In this document: positions 39,142 through 48,969 of the stretch, in pieces
Numbering within the stretch: position 1 is the first letter of the stretch
Layout of the letters: each line of letters opens with the position of its first letter
From: Bacteroidales bacterium
GTDB lineage: Bacteria > Bacteroidota > Bacteroidia > Bacteroidales > UBA1715
Direction: 5' to 3'
NCBI GenBank assembly: GCA_027858745.1
Contig: JAQICB010000077.1
Span: 6,224-70,223 of the forward strand
DNA length: 64,000 bases
The notes under the pieces: model-generated
Databases searched by the model: none
Seen by the model: the letters and a program-made list of their open reading frames with translations, nothing else
Told to the model about the DNA's origin: nothing
Made by a program: the position numbers and the translations under genes

Positions 39142-40338
39142 ATGGAACAAACTTCAAAACGATTAGCGTCATTAGCATCTTCGCAAACTTTAGCGATGGC
39201 TCAAAAAAGTAGAGAATTACAAGCAGAAGAAATTGATGTAATCAATTTAAGTGTCGGTGAGCCCGATTTTACAACACCGGATTATATAAAAGATGCCGCA
39301 AAACAGGCAATAGATGATGATTTCACCTTCTATACGCCGGTTGCCGGGTATCCTGATTTAATTCAAGCTATATGTGAAAAATTTAAACGGGAAAATAATC
39401 TTGAATATAATCCGAATCAGATAGTAGTTTCTGCCGGTGCAAAACATTCTTTATCGAATGTTTTTCTTAGTTTGTTAAATCCCGATGATGAAGTTCTTAT
39501 TCCAACACCATATTGGGTTAGTTATCCTGAGGCAATTAAATTAGCAGAGGCTAAACCTACTTATATTCATTCGTCTATTGATACGGGCTTTAAAGTTACT
39601 CCCGAACAGGTAGGTAAAGCTATTACTTCAAAAACTCGTATGTTTGTATTTAGTTCTCCTTCTAACCCCTCGGGTGCAGTGTATACAAAAGATGAATTAC
39701 AGAGTTTGGCAAAGTTGTTTGCAAAAAACCCTCAAATCCTCATTGTTTCCGATGAAATATATGAACATATCAATTATAAAGGGAAACATGAATCAATTGC
39801 ACAATTTTCTGAAATTAAAGATCAGGTAATTGTGGTAAATGGTGTTTCAAAAGCATTTTCAATGACCGGATGGAGAGTAGGATATATGGCTGCTCATGAA
39901 TCAATTGCAAAATCGTGCATAAAGTTGCAAGGTCAAGTAACCTCCGGTATTTTTTCTATTGGACAGAAGGCTGCTATTGCGGCATTAAATGGAAATCTTG
40001 ATTTTCCTAAAATGATGACTGAGGCTTTCTTGCGTCGTCGAGATACCATGGTTAAAGGCTTGAAGAAAATTGCGGGAATGAATGTTGAAATTCCTGATGG
40101 AGCATTTTATGTGTTTGCTGATGTATCGGCATTTATTGGTAAAAAAACGCCTGCAGGAACGGTGCTGAAAAATGCATATGAATTAAGCTTATTTCTTTTA
40201 TCTGATGCTCATGTTGCATCTGTTTCTGGTGAAGGATTTGGTAATCCTGAGTGTATACGCTTTTCGTTTGCTACGTCTGATGAAAATATAAAAAAAGCTC
40301 TTGAGCGTATTCAAAAGGCTTTGAATTCTTTACAATAA
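39142..40338 (+). CDS. class I PLP-dependent aminotransferase (aspartate aminotransferase-like)
   Basis: 398 aa. PLP-lysine motif SKAFSMTGWRVGY and SNPSGAVY. Confidence 0.8.
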   Translation: MEQTSKRLASLASSQTLAMAQKSRELQAEEIDVINLSVGEPDFTTPDYIKDAAKQAIDDDFTFYTPVAGYPDLIQAICEKFKRENNLEYNPNQIVVSAGAKHSLSNVFLSLLNPDDEVLIPTPYWVSYPEAIKLAEAKPTYIHSSIDTGFKVTPEQVGKAITSKTRMFVFSSPSNPSGAVYTKDELQSLAKLFAKNPQILIVSDEIYEHINYKGKHESIAQFSEIKDQVIVVNGVSKAFSMTGWRVGYMAAHESIAKSCIKLQGQVTSGIFSIGQKAAIAALNGNLDFPKMMTEAFLRRRDTMVKGLKKIAGMNVEIPDGAFYVFADVSAFIGKKTPAGTVLKNAYELSLFLLSDAHVASVSGEGFGNPECIRFSFATSDENIKKALERIQKALNSLQ

Positions 40339-40364
40339 ATCGATTGTGTAATTAAATAGGATCT

Positions 40365-42245
40365 ATGTGTGGAATTACCGGAATATATTCTTTTTCGTAT
40401 ATTACAAATGAATATGCCGAGTCGGTAACACATTCTCTTTCCAAATTTACTCATCGCGGCCCCGATTTTCAGCGGGTTTTCTCTGACGAAACAGTTTGTT
40501 TTGGTCATGCTCGTTTGTCAATAATTGACACATCAGAACAGGCTCATCAGCCTTTTACTGATGCTTCGGGGCGGTACACTATTGTGTATAATGGTGAGTT
40601 TTATAATTATAAAAATTATTACTCAGAACTCAAATCTGACGGGGTTTCTTTTGTTTCTTCTTCTGATACTGAGGTGCTTTTGTATTTGTATATAAAATAT
40701 AAGGAAGCTTGTCTTGATAAGATTTCCGGCTTTTTTGCTTTTGCAGTCTACGATTCGTTCGAAAAAACGGTTTTTATTGCTCGTGACAGAATTGGAATTA
40801 AGCCACTTTATTATACTCAACAGGATGATTTTTTTGGTTTTGCGTCAGAACTTTCAGCCTTGTTCCCGTTTCCTTTTGCAAAAGAAATTAATGTTCAGGC
40901 TCTCAGTTCATATTTACAATTACAGTATATTCCGGCACCTGATTCAATTTTACAATCTGTACATAAATTAGCACCGGGCGAATATGTATATGTGTCTCCA
41001 CATTCTGTAGAAAAAAAACAATATTATTCTATTCCTCAATATTCTGATAACACAAAATTTGAAGGCTCATATGAAGATGCGCAGAAATTGTTGCGAAAAA
41101 AATTAGATGCTTCGGTGAGCGAACGACTTATTGCTGATGTACCTTTGGGTACGTTTTTAAGTGGTGGTATTGATTCTTCAGTTATCTCAACAATTGCGTC
41201 GAAACATGTGTCAACATTACAAACATTTTCTATTGGTTTTCGTGATAATCCGTATTTTGACGAAACAAAGTATGCTGAAATGGTTGCGAAAAAAATTAAT
41301 TCTGAACATACGGTTATAACTGCTTCAGATAAGGATTTTGAGGAGCATATGTTTTCGATCTTAGATTCGTTTGATGAACCCTTTGCTGACTCTTCTGCTA
41401 TTGCAGTTTCGATGTTAAGTAAATACGTAAAACCACATGTTACTGTTGCTCTTTCGGGCGACGGAGCCGATGAATTATTTTCGGGCTATAATAAACATAG
41501 AGCACATTATCTTTTGCAGAAACATCCTCGAGTAAGTCGATTGTTGTCTTATTTTTTACCCATCTTTCAAAAATTTTCTGCTTCGCGAAATTCTCAAATG
41601 GGTAATGTAGTTCGTCAACTTATTCGATTTGCCGAAGCTGCACAATTTTCTCCCGAAGAAATATATATAGTATGGAGTTCTATTCAGTCACAAGAAAGTG
41701 TGAAACAATTGGTTTTGCCTTCAGTGTATACCACCAACGATTTAAAGAATTACACTGCTCATTTCAGCCATTCATCTATGCAAGATGTATTGTATGCTGA
41801 CCAGCATCTTGTGTTGGCTAATGATATGCTCACAAAAGTCGACCGTATGTCGATGCTACATAGCCTGGAGGTGCGAACACCTTTTTTAGACCACAATATT
41901 GTACAATTCGCAAACTCCTTGCCAATAGATTACAAAATAGATAAACATCTCAAAAAAAGAGTGTTACAGGATGCGTATCGAGGCGATTTACCCGCAGAGT
42001 TGTATAACAGACCAAAAAAGGGATTTGAGGTGCCTTTACATACATGGTGCTGTACTGTTTTGCAACCAATAATCAATGAAGTCTTGTCACCTTCCTTTAT
42101 CGAAGAGCAGAAAATTTTCAGTTCAAGTGAAATACAGTTATTACGAAGACAATTACTCTCAAATAATCCCGGTGATGCTGCCGGAAAAATTTGGGCTTTA
42201 GTTGTGTTTCAAAAATGGTGGGAAAAATATATGATGCATGTATAA
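40365..42245 (+). CDS. asnB: asparagine synthase family glutamine amidotransferase (long, 626-aa form)
   Basis: N-terminal nucleophile MCGI(TG), PP-loop FLSGGIDSS, and SGDGADELF. Its 3' end overlaps the GT4 gene by 8 nt. Confidence 0.8.
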   Translation: MCGITGIYSFSYITNEYAESVTHSLSKFTHRGPDFQRVFSDETVCFGHARLSIIDTSEQAHQPFTDASGRYTIVYNGEFYNYKNYYSELKSDGVSFVSSSDTEVLLYLYIKYKEACLDKISGFFAFAVYDSFEKTVFIARDRIGIKPLYYTQQDDFFGFASELSALFPFPFAKEINVQALSSYLQLQYIPAPDSILQSVHKLAPGEYVYVSPHSVEKKQYYSIPQYSDNTKFEGSYEDAQKLLRKKLDASVSERLIADVPLGTFLSGGIDSSVISTIASKHVSTLQTFSIGFRDNPYFDETKYAEMVAKKINSEHTVITASDKDFEEHMFSILDSFDEPFADSSAIAVSMLSKYVKPHVTVALSGDGADELFSGYNKHRAHYLLQKHPRVSRLLSYFLPIFQKFSASRNSQMGNVVRQLIRFAEAAQFSPEEIYIVWSSIQSQESVKQLVLPSVYTTNDLKNYTAHFSHSSMQDVLYADQHLVLANDMLTKVDRMSMLHSLEVRTPFLDHNIVQFANSLPIDYKIDKHLKKRVLQDAYRGDLPAELYNRPKKGFEVPLHTWCCTVLQPIINEVLSPSFIEEQKIFSSSEIQLLRRQLLSNNPGDAAGKIWALVVFQKWWEKYMMHV

Positions 42246-43431
42246 AATTGTACGAATATTAAATAGATTTAACGTTGGTGGTCCAACATATAATGTAGCA
42301 TATTTATCAAAATATATTGGTGATGATTTTGAAACCGTACTTATTGGTGGTGAAAAAAATGAATCGGAAGCCAGTTCGGAGTATATTTTAGATGATTTAG
42401 ATTTGTCGTATACTATTATGCCCCAAATGCGTCGGAGTATTAACCCGTTTCAGGATATATTAGCATTGTGGCACATTATAAAAATTATTCGTAGACATAA
42501 ACCCGATATTGTTCATACTCATGCTGCAAAAGCTGGAACATTAGGACGAATTGCTGCCATTTTGTGCGGGGTTCCTATTATTGTTCATACATTTCACGGA
42601 CATGTGTTTCACTCATATTTTTCGACTTGGAAAACAAAAATTTTTTTAATTATAGAGCGGTTTCTGGCTAAAAAATCAACAGTAATTATTGCAATTAGCG
42701 ATATCCAAAAAAAAGAATTAGGGGAAGAGTATAGAATTTGTAATCCCGACAAAATTCATGTTATTCCACTTGGGTTTAAGCTTAATTCTTTTATAGAAGG
42801 CATTCCTAAAAAACGACATACATTTCGTGAAACATATCAATTTTCGGAGAATACAATTGTTGTTGGTATAGTAGGGCGATTGGTTCCGGTTAAAAACCAT
42901 GAACTTTTTTTACAGGCATTTCAACATTGTGTGCGTCATACTCAAAAAGATATTCGTGCCTGTATTGTTGGAGATGGCGAATTGAAGGAGTATTTGTATT
43001 CGGTCTGTGAATCTTTAGGTCTTTCGTATGCAACACCTGAGCGTGCATATAATGGTGAATCTGTTATTTTCACCTCCTGGATACAGGAAGTAGACGAGGT
43101 GTATGCCGGAGTAGATGTTGTGTGTTTAACATCGAAAAATGAAGGCACACCGGTAAGTCTCATAGAAGCACAGGCTAGCGGAAAACCAATTGTTTCGACC
43201 AATGTTGGTGGAATTGAAAATATTGTAGAGGAGGGAAAAACGGCATTATTGTCTGAAAATAACGAGTCCGATTTTTCACAAAAACTTTTACATATAATAG
43301 AAGACGATGTATTACGAACCAATATGTCTTCCTATGCTTCTGATGTGATTGTTTCAAAATTCGATTATCCAACCTTATGTACAAATATGAATCGCTTGTA
43401 TAATAAATTATTGAAAAAACAACTTGAATAG
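42238..43431 (+). CDS. GT4-family (GT-B fold) glycosyltransferase
   Basis: 397 aa. C-terminal EX7E-type motif SKNEGTPVSLIEAQASGKPIVSTNVGG. Confidence 0.8.
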   Translation: MYKIVRILNRFNVGGPTYNVAYLSKYIGDDFETVLIGGEKNESEASSEYILDDLDLSYTIMPQMRRSINPFQDILALWHIIKIIRRHKPDIVHTHAAKAGTLGRIAAILCGVPIIVHTFHGHVFHSYFSTWKTKIFLIIERFLAKKSTVIIAISDIQKKELGEEYRICNPDKIHVIPLGFKLNSFIEGIPKKRHTFRETYQFSENTIVVGIVGRLVPVKNHELFLQAFQHCVRHTQKDIRACIVGDGELKEYLYSVCESLGLSYATPERAYNGESVIFTSWIQEVDEVYAGVDVVCLTSKNEGTPVSLIEAQASGKPIVSTNVGGIENIVEEGKTALLSENNESDFSQKLLHIIEDDVLRTNMSSYASDVIVSKFDYPTLCTNMNRLYNKLLKKQLE

Positions 43432-43506
43432 TAAGCGGTTTTCCACTCAATCAGTCATTTTTTTCTAAATTATACTCAATTATTAAGATAATGCGCGGTG
43501 AATATG

Positions 43507-43619
43507 AACCTGAGTTCGACGTAATTTTTCGAGTTCAGATTAGCTCCGCTGAGCTCGTCCTTTGTCCTCGGTTGATATAAAAAGCTGTTTATCAAGGCAA
43601 ATTATATCGAACTCAGGTT
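43507..43619 (+). mobile_element. MITE-like non-autonomous element, short copy (113 bp)
   Basis: Same 13-bp perfect TIRs as the copy at 34836-35044. Flanked by the direct repeat ATG/ATG. It lacks the 97-bp internal segment of the long copy and has one extra C. Confidence 0.75.
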
Positions 43620-43632
43620 ATGAATAAATAAA

Positions 43633-43947
43633 TTATTTCAACTTCACCGCCGTACCATATGCCAATATTTCTGCTAATCCTTGTCCAATAGCAGAGGTCA
43701 TAAAGCGAACGTTGACAATTGCATCTGCCCCCAAATTTTCAGCATCTCGCAACATGCGAGAAATAGCTTCTTCACGTGCATCTGCTAATAAGCGGGTATA
43801 TTCGGACACTTCACCACCGACAAGATTTTTTATGCTTGCGAAAATATCTCGCCCGAAATTTCGAGCACGAACGGTGCTTCCGCGAACTAGACCAAGTGAT
43901 TCAACAATTTCTTGTCCTGCAATGGTATCTGTATTTACAAATTTCAT
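43633..43947 (-). CDS. YbjQ/UPF0145-family protein
   Basis: 104 aa. MKFVNTDTIAGQEIVESLGLVRGSTVRARNFGRDIFASIKNLVGGE... matches the YbjQ family pattern. Confidence 0.8.
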   Translation of the reverse strand: MKFVNTDTIAGQEIVESLGLVRGSTVRARNFGRDIFASIKNLVGGEVSEYTRLLADAREEAISRMLRDAENLGADAIVNVRFMTSAIGQGLAEILAYGTAVKLK

Positions 43948-43965
43948 AATTACTATATTTAATGG

Positions 43966-46900
43966 TTACTTATTATATTTTTCAATCCATTGTCGTGCAT
44001 TAACAAATGCTTCTACCCATGGCGACACTTCATCTTGTATCCGCTCTTGTGGATATTCTGCCCAATTCCAGGCATACAATGAGCGTTCTAAATGCGGCAT
44101 CATTGCTAAATGACGACCATCTGCAGAACAAACTCCCGCAGTGTCATAATCAGATCCGTTAGGATTTGCTGGATAAGAGCTGTACGAATATTTCAGTGCC
44201 TGTTGAGATTGTGATGCTAATTTGAACTTTCCTTCACCATGTGCTATCCACACACCGAGCTTTGAACCAACAAGGCTGTGTAACATAATGCTATTCGATT
44301 GTGGAATATCAACGGTAAGGAACGATGACTCAAATTTATGAGAATCATTATGTTCCATTGTAATTTTTTCGCCTGCATTTTGAACAAGTCCGAGTTCAAC
44401 CATCAACTGGCAACCATTGCACACACCAAGGCTTATAGTATCTTTTCGTGCATAAAATGCATTGAGACTTTCTTTTGCTTTTTGATTATATAAAAATGCT
44501 CCTGCCCAGCCTTTAGCCGAACCAAGCACATCAGAATTTGAGAATCCACCAACAAACACAATACAGGAAATATCTTCTAAAGTTTCGCGACCACTTATAA
44601 GGTCTGTCATGTGAACATCTTTTACATCAAAACCGGCAGCATGTAAGCACCAAGCCATTTCACGGTCGCCGTTAACACCTTTTTCTCGTATAATAGCAGC
44701 CCTAACATGTGTTTTTTCGGTACGATGAAGGGTAAGGTCATAATCAGATATTTTGCCGCTAAATTGCGGTGGAAATGTAAATTGTAAGGGGGTTTTATCA
44801 AAGGATTCGTAACGCTCTGCTGCTTTTTGAGCACCACTTTGTTCAGCGTCTAGTAAATATGAGGTATGAAACCACGTTTTTCGTAAACATGCAATATCTA
44901 AATCTAATTGTTCTGATTTATATGAAACAGATAACGAATGAGCATCTTGAACGGAACCTAAAATTTTTACAGAAATTCCTTGTGATTGCAATGAATCAAT
45001 AACAGAAGAATCAGCCTGAATAACAACAGCAGGATTTTCCGAAAATAAAATATGAACAATACTTTCCGCATCAAATTCATCAAGAGATATTGACATACCG
45101 CCCTGTGTGTTTGGAAAGTTCATTTCGAGCAGTGTCGTTATTAACCCGCCCGCAGACACATCGTGTGCTGCATACAATTGCGATTGAGAAACACATGTTT
45201 GAATTGCATTGAATGCCTGTGCAAAATATGTACTATCACTCACATGCGGCGTTTCTGTCCCTAATGCATTCATAACTTGTGCATATGCCGATCCACCAAT
45301 AGCACATCCCGATTTTCCAAAATCAACATATGCAATTACCGAATCAGGTATTGCTTGTACAACCGGTTCTACTGTTTTGGTAATATCACTTACTTCGCCA
45401 CAGGCACTTATTATAACCGTTCCCGGAGAATACACAAGCGATCCGTCAGGGTATTTTTGGGTCATTGATAAGGAATCTTTCCCGGTTGGTATATTAATAT
45501 GTAAATCCTGAGCAAACCAGCTGGCAGCCTCTACAGCTTCATACAGTCGAGCATCTTCGCCCGGATTTTTACAGGGCCACATCCAGTTAGCACTCAATGA
45601 AATACCTTCTAATCCACCTTCGATAGGCGTACATGCAATATTTGTAAGCGATTCGGCTATAGATATAACCGAACCGTGAGCAGCAGATACAAGACCAACC
45701 ACCGGAGCGTGACCAATTGATGTTGCAATACCGCGAGTACCAATATAATCGAGAGCAACCACACCACAGTCATTCAATGGTAATTGCAACTCACCGCAAC
45801 ATTGTTGTGTTGCAACCCGTCCGGTTACCGAACGGTCAACTTTATTCGTTAAATAATCTTTACACGCAACTGATTCTAGTTGTAATACCTGTTTAATATA
45901 TGTTTCAATTTCCGTTGTAAGAGGTACGTCAGAATAATGTATGTTTTGTGTAGAATCTTGTAAAACAGTTTTTGGTGGATTACCAAACATATCCGCCAAT
46001 TGTAAATCAATAGGTTTTTCACCATTTTCATCGTTTACAAAAGTAAAAGCATGCGTACCGGTTGTTTCACCAATAACATACATTGGTGTACGTTCACGTT
46101 CCGCAATATGAGAGAGCAAATCAATATCCTCTTTACGCAAAACCAAGCCCATACGTTCCTGCGATTCATTTCCCACAATTTCTTTTGCCGAAAGAGTAGG
46201 GTCACCCACCGGTAATTTATTAACATGGATAGTTCCACCGGTTTCCTCAACCAATTCCGACAAGCAATTCAAATGTCCGCCTGCACCGTGGTCGTGAATA
46301 GAAACAACAGGATTTACATCCATTTCGCCGAGAGCACGGATAGAATTGTATGCCCGTTTTTGCATCTCAGGATTACTTCGTTGCACCGCATTCAATTCAA
46401 TTTTGTTTTGATATTCTCCCGTTGCAACCGACGAAACAGCACCACCGCCCATACCAATACGATAATTTTCGCCACCAAGCAATACAACGGTATCATCAAC
46501 CTTCGGCGTATCTTTAAAAGCATCTTCTTTTTTCGCAAAACCAATACCTCCGGCAAGCATTATCACCTTATCGAAACCAAATATTTTTTCATGTTCATGA
46601 TGTTCGAATGTTAGCACACTACCACAAATAAGAGGTTGACCAAATTTATTTCCAAAATCACTCGCTCCATTCGAAGCTTTTATGAGAATTTCTTTTGGAC
46701 TTTGATATAACCACGGACGTGGTTGTGTTGCCTGTTCCCATACCCGTTCCGCATTATCAAAACGAGTATAAGAGGTCATATACACCGCGGTTCCCGCAAT
46801 TGGAAATGAAGCTTTTCCACCAGCTATTCGATCACGAATTTCACCACCGGCACCAGTTGCAGCACCATTGAACGGTTCAACCGTTGTCGGGAAATTATGC

Positions 46901-47649
46901 GTTTCCGCTTTCAGGGAAATAACCGATTCAAAATCACGAATAGTAAAATAATCCGGTTTATCTTGTGTTTCCGGACAGAAATGATCTATCTGCGGACCTT
47001 GCAAAAAGGCACAATTATCTTTATATGCAGATATTACTCTATTTGGATTTTGTTTTGTTGTTTGTTTAATGAGAGAAAACAGAGAATGTTCCTTTTCGGC
47101 ACCGTCTATTACAAACGAACCATTAAAAATTTTGTGGCGACAATGTTCAGAGTTAACTTGCGAAAATCCAAAAATTTCACTGTCGGTGAGTGTGCGTCTC
47201 AGTTTTTTCGATAAATCTTCTAAATAACCAATTTCATCCGGACTTAAAGCTAAACCTTCCTGTGTATTATATGCTGCTATGTCTTCAATATATTGAATGG
47301 GTTCGGCTTCCTTATCAACAGTAAATATTGACTGATTTAAGCCTGAATATTTACGGAACAACATTCCATCATATTCCGTATTATTTTCATCTGTTTGTAC
47401 AAATTCCTCGATGCGAAGAATACCTGTTATACCCATATTTTGGGTTATCTCAACCGCATTGGTACTCCACGGAGTAATCATTTCCTTACGAGGTCCGATT
47501 ACGAAGCCCATAATTTCTTTTTCTTCTACCAAAGTAGCACCGCACAGTAACCATGTTAATTTATCTAAAGTATCTGTTGAAAATTCCTGAACAGATTGAA
47601 TAGCTGTTATTTTACCGTTTCCGTTGTCAAAAAAATAAATCATTCCCAT
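43966..47649 (-). CDS. purL: phosphoribosylformylglycinamidine synthase, single-chain large form
   Basis: About 1227 aa. AIR-synthase-related repeats and a C-terminal class I GATase (LGVCNGCQLM...HGEG). Start at 47649 or 47643 (MGMIYFF...) is preferred over the TTG extension to 47715, because a -7 box lies at 47669-47676. Confidence 0.93.
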   Translation of the reverse strand: MGMIYFFDNGNGKITAIQSVQEFSTDTLDKLTWLLCGATLVEEKEIMGFVIGPRKEMITPWSTNAVEITQNMGITGILRIEEFVQTDENNTEYDGMLFRKYSGLNQSIFTVDKEAEPIQYIEDIAAYNTQEGLALSPDEIGYLEDLSKKLRRTLTDSEIFGFSQVNSEHCRHKIFNGSFVIDGAEKEHSLFSLIKQTTKQNPNRVISAYKDNCAFLQGPQIDHFCPETQDKPDYFTIRDFESVISLKAETHNFPTTVEPFNGAATGAGGEIRDRIAGGKASFPIAGTAVYMTSYTRFDNAERVWEQATQPRPWLYQSPKEILIKASNGASDFGNKFGQPLICGSVLTFEHHEHEKIFGFDKVIMLAGGIGFAKKEDAFKDTPKVDDTVVLLGGENYRIGMGGGAVSSVATGEYQNKIELNAVQRSNPEMQKRAYNSIRALGEMDVNPVVSIHDHGAGGHLNCLSELVEETGGTIHVNKLPVGDPTLSAKEIVGNESQERMGLVLRKEDIDLLSHIAERERTPMYVIGETTGTHAFTFVNDENGEKPIDLQLADMFGNPPKTVLQDSTQNIHYSDVPLTTEIETYIKQVLQLESVACKDYLTNKVDRSVTGRVATQQCCGELQLPLNDCGVVALDYIGTRGIATSIGHAPVVGLVSAAHGSVISIAESLTNIACTPIEGGLEGISLSANWMWPCKNPGEDARLYEAVEAASWFAQDLHINIPTGKDSLSMTQKYPDGSLVYSPGTVIISACGEVSDITKTVEPVVQAIPDSVIAYVDFGKSGCAIGGSAYAQVMNALGTETPHVSDSTYFAQAFNAIQTCVSQSQLYAAHDVSAGGLITTLLEMNFPNTQGGMSISLDEFDAESIVHILFSENPAVVIQADSSVIDSLQSQGISVKILGSVQDAHSLSVSYKSEQLDLDIACLRKTWFHTSYLLDAEQSGAQKAAERYESFDKTPLQFTFPPQFSGKISDYDLTLHRTEKTHVRAAIIREKGVNGDREMAWCLHAAGFDVKDVHMTDLISGRETLEDISCIVFVGGFSNSDVLGSAKGWAGAFLYNQKAKESLNAFYARKDTISLGVCNGCQLMVELGLVQNAGEKITMEHNDSHKFESSFLTVDIPQSNSIMLHSLVGSKLGVWIAHGEGKFKLASQSQQALKYSYSSYPANPNGSDYDTAGVCSADGRHLAMMPHLERSLYAWNWAEYPQERIQDEVSPWVEAFVNARQWIEKYNK

Positions 47650-47668
47650 ATGTTTAAAAAATCTCCTG

Positions 47669-47676
47669 CAAATATA
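47669..47676 (-). promoter_or_regulatory. candidate -7 box (TATATTTG on minus strand) for purL
   Basis: CAAATATA on the plus strand, 19 nt upstream of the ATG at 47649 and inside the track's N-terminal extension. Confidence 0.4.
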
Positions 47677-47830
47677 TGAGAAAACATTGATATGTGAATT
47701 GTGTCCGGTATACAATTTATAACGAGTTATTAACGAAATATACTACTCTGTTGTGTTCGTCTCTAAAGTACAAGTTGTTCGCCGAACTCCTTCTTTGTCG
47801 TCGGTTATGCGTTGCTACTTAAAATATCAA

Positions 47831-48922
47831 TCACGTATCTCCATATTCATATTTCTGATTGCGAAGGCGAGGGGTGAAGCCTGCTTCTGTGATTGCTTTT
47901 TGTATATCGTCTTTGTTGGTTCGAAAACCAGCCCCTGCTTGTGAAACCACATTTTCTTCTATCATTATAGATCCCAAATCGTGTGCTCCGGCGTGCAGAC
48001 AAATTTGAGCGGTAGGCAAGCCTACGGTTAACCATGATGCCTGAATATTAGGTATGTTTGTGAGCATGATGCGACTAATGGCAATCATACGAATGTATTC
48101 TTCATGATTAATACTGTAATTGTTCGGAAATATTTGACCTAGCTTTGTTCCTGCACTATAAAACGGCCAGGGAATAAATGCCGTAAAACCGGCTGAATTT
48201 TCGGTCTTTTCGGATTGAAGTTCACGTAATTTTACCAGATGTGCAATGCGGTCTTCAATGGATTCAATATGTCCATACATCATTGTGGCAGATGTGGTAA
48301 TATTCATTTTGTGAGCTTCACGCATTACATCGAGCCATTCGTCTGCCGAGCATTTTCCGGGAGAAATTTTTTTGCGAATATCATTTGATAATATTTCTGC
48401 TCCTGCACCCGGGAGACTATCCATGCCTGCGTCGGTAAGTTTTTCTAATACTTCGGTATATGATATGTGAGCTTTCTGTGCCAAAAATACAATTTCCGGC
48501 GGTCCCAAAGCATGCAATTTAATGTTTGGATGTCTGGCTTTGAGTTCAGAAAATAAATCAAGATAAAAATCCAGTCCGAGTTTTGGGTTCATTCCACCTT
48601 GAATAAGGAGCTGGTCTCCACCTAATTGTTCTAATTCCGAAATTTTTTGTGAATACTCATCAATACAGGTAATGTATGTTTTAGGATGGTGAAGCGGAAC
48701 ATGAAAATTGCAAAACAAACAGCGAGAAATACAGACATTGGTAATGTTTACATTGCGGTCTATTATCCATGTCACCACATTATCGGGACGAATCTGTGAA
48801 CGTAACACATCCGCAACAAACATCAGCTCAGCCAAGTTCGCATGTGTGTATAAATAGAGACCTTCAGCAATAGTTAATTCTTCTTTTTGTAATGCCTTTT
48901 GTGTAAGACTTTGTATGTTCAT
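47831..48922 (-). CDS. radical SAM protein of the CofH/MqnC/MqnE family (futalosine-pathway-like)
   Basis: 363 aa. Cluster motif CISRCLFCNF. The length and the GGMNP... segment are typical of this family. I cannot distinguish MqnC from MqnE by eye. Confidence 0.6.
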   Translation of the reverse strand: MNIQSLTQKALQKEELTIAEGLYLYTHANLAELMFVADVLRSQIRPDNVVTWIIDRNVNITNVCISRCLFCNFHVPLHHPKTYITCIDEYSQKISELEQLGGDQLLIQGGMNPKLGLDFYLDLFSELKARHPNIKLHALGPPEIVFLAQKAHISYTEVLEKLTDAGMDSLPGAGAEILSNDIRKKISPGKCSADEWLDVMREAHKMNITTSATMMYGHIESIEDRIAHLVKLRELQSEKTENSAGFTAFIPWPFYSAGTKLGQIFPNNYSINHEEYIRMIAISRIMLTNIPNIQASWLTVGLPTAQICLHAGAHDLGSIMIEENVVSQAGAGFRTNKDDIQKAITEAGFTPRLRNQKYEYGDT

Positions 48923-48969
48923 CGGACTTATTTTTGTATTTTTACGGAAATTTAAATATTAACAAAAAT

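Noticed and set aside
47650-47715. N-terminal extensions proposed by the track: purL to 47715, uvrA to 24826, zwf to 5632, pepA from 48934, rlmN to 13746, the NdpA-like gene from 9083, dfx to 6987 and the FDP gene to 8164.
   Set aside because: The extensions start at TTG or overlap the neighbouring gene or promoter box, and they add non-conserved hydrophobic or low-complexity residues. Internal ATGs give N-termini typical of each family.
47650-47830. Possible purine or ZTP riboswitch in the purL upstream region. The minus strand contains GGAGTTCGGCGAACA, reminiscent of the ZTP motif GGCGAAC segment.
   Set aside because: No downstream CCGCC(TGGG) pseudoknot partner is present and no purine-riboswitch three-way-junction consensus is visible. 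The likely promoter box at 47669-47676 would also place the transcription start downstream of this patch.
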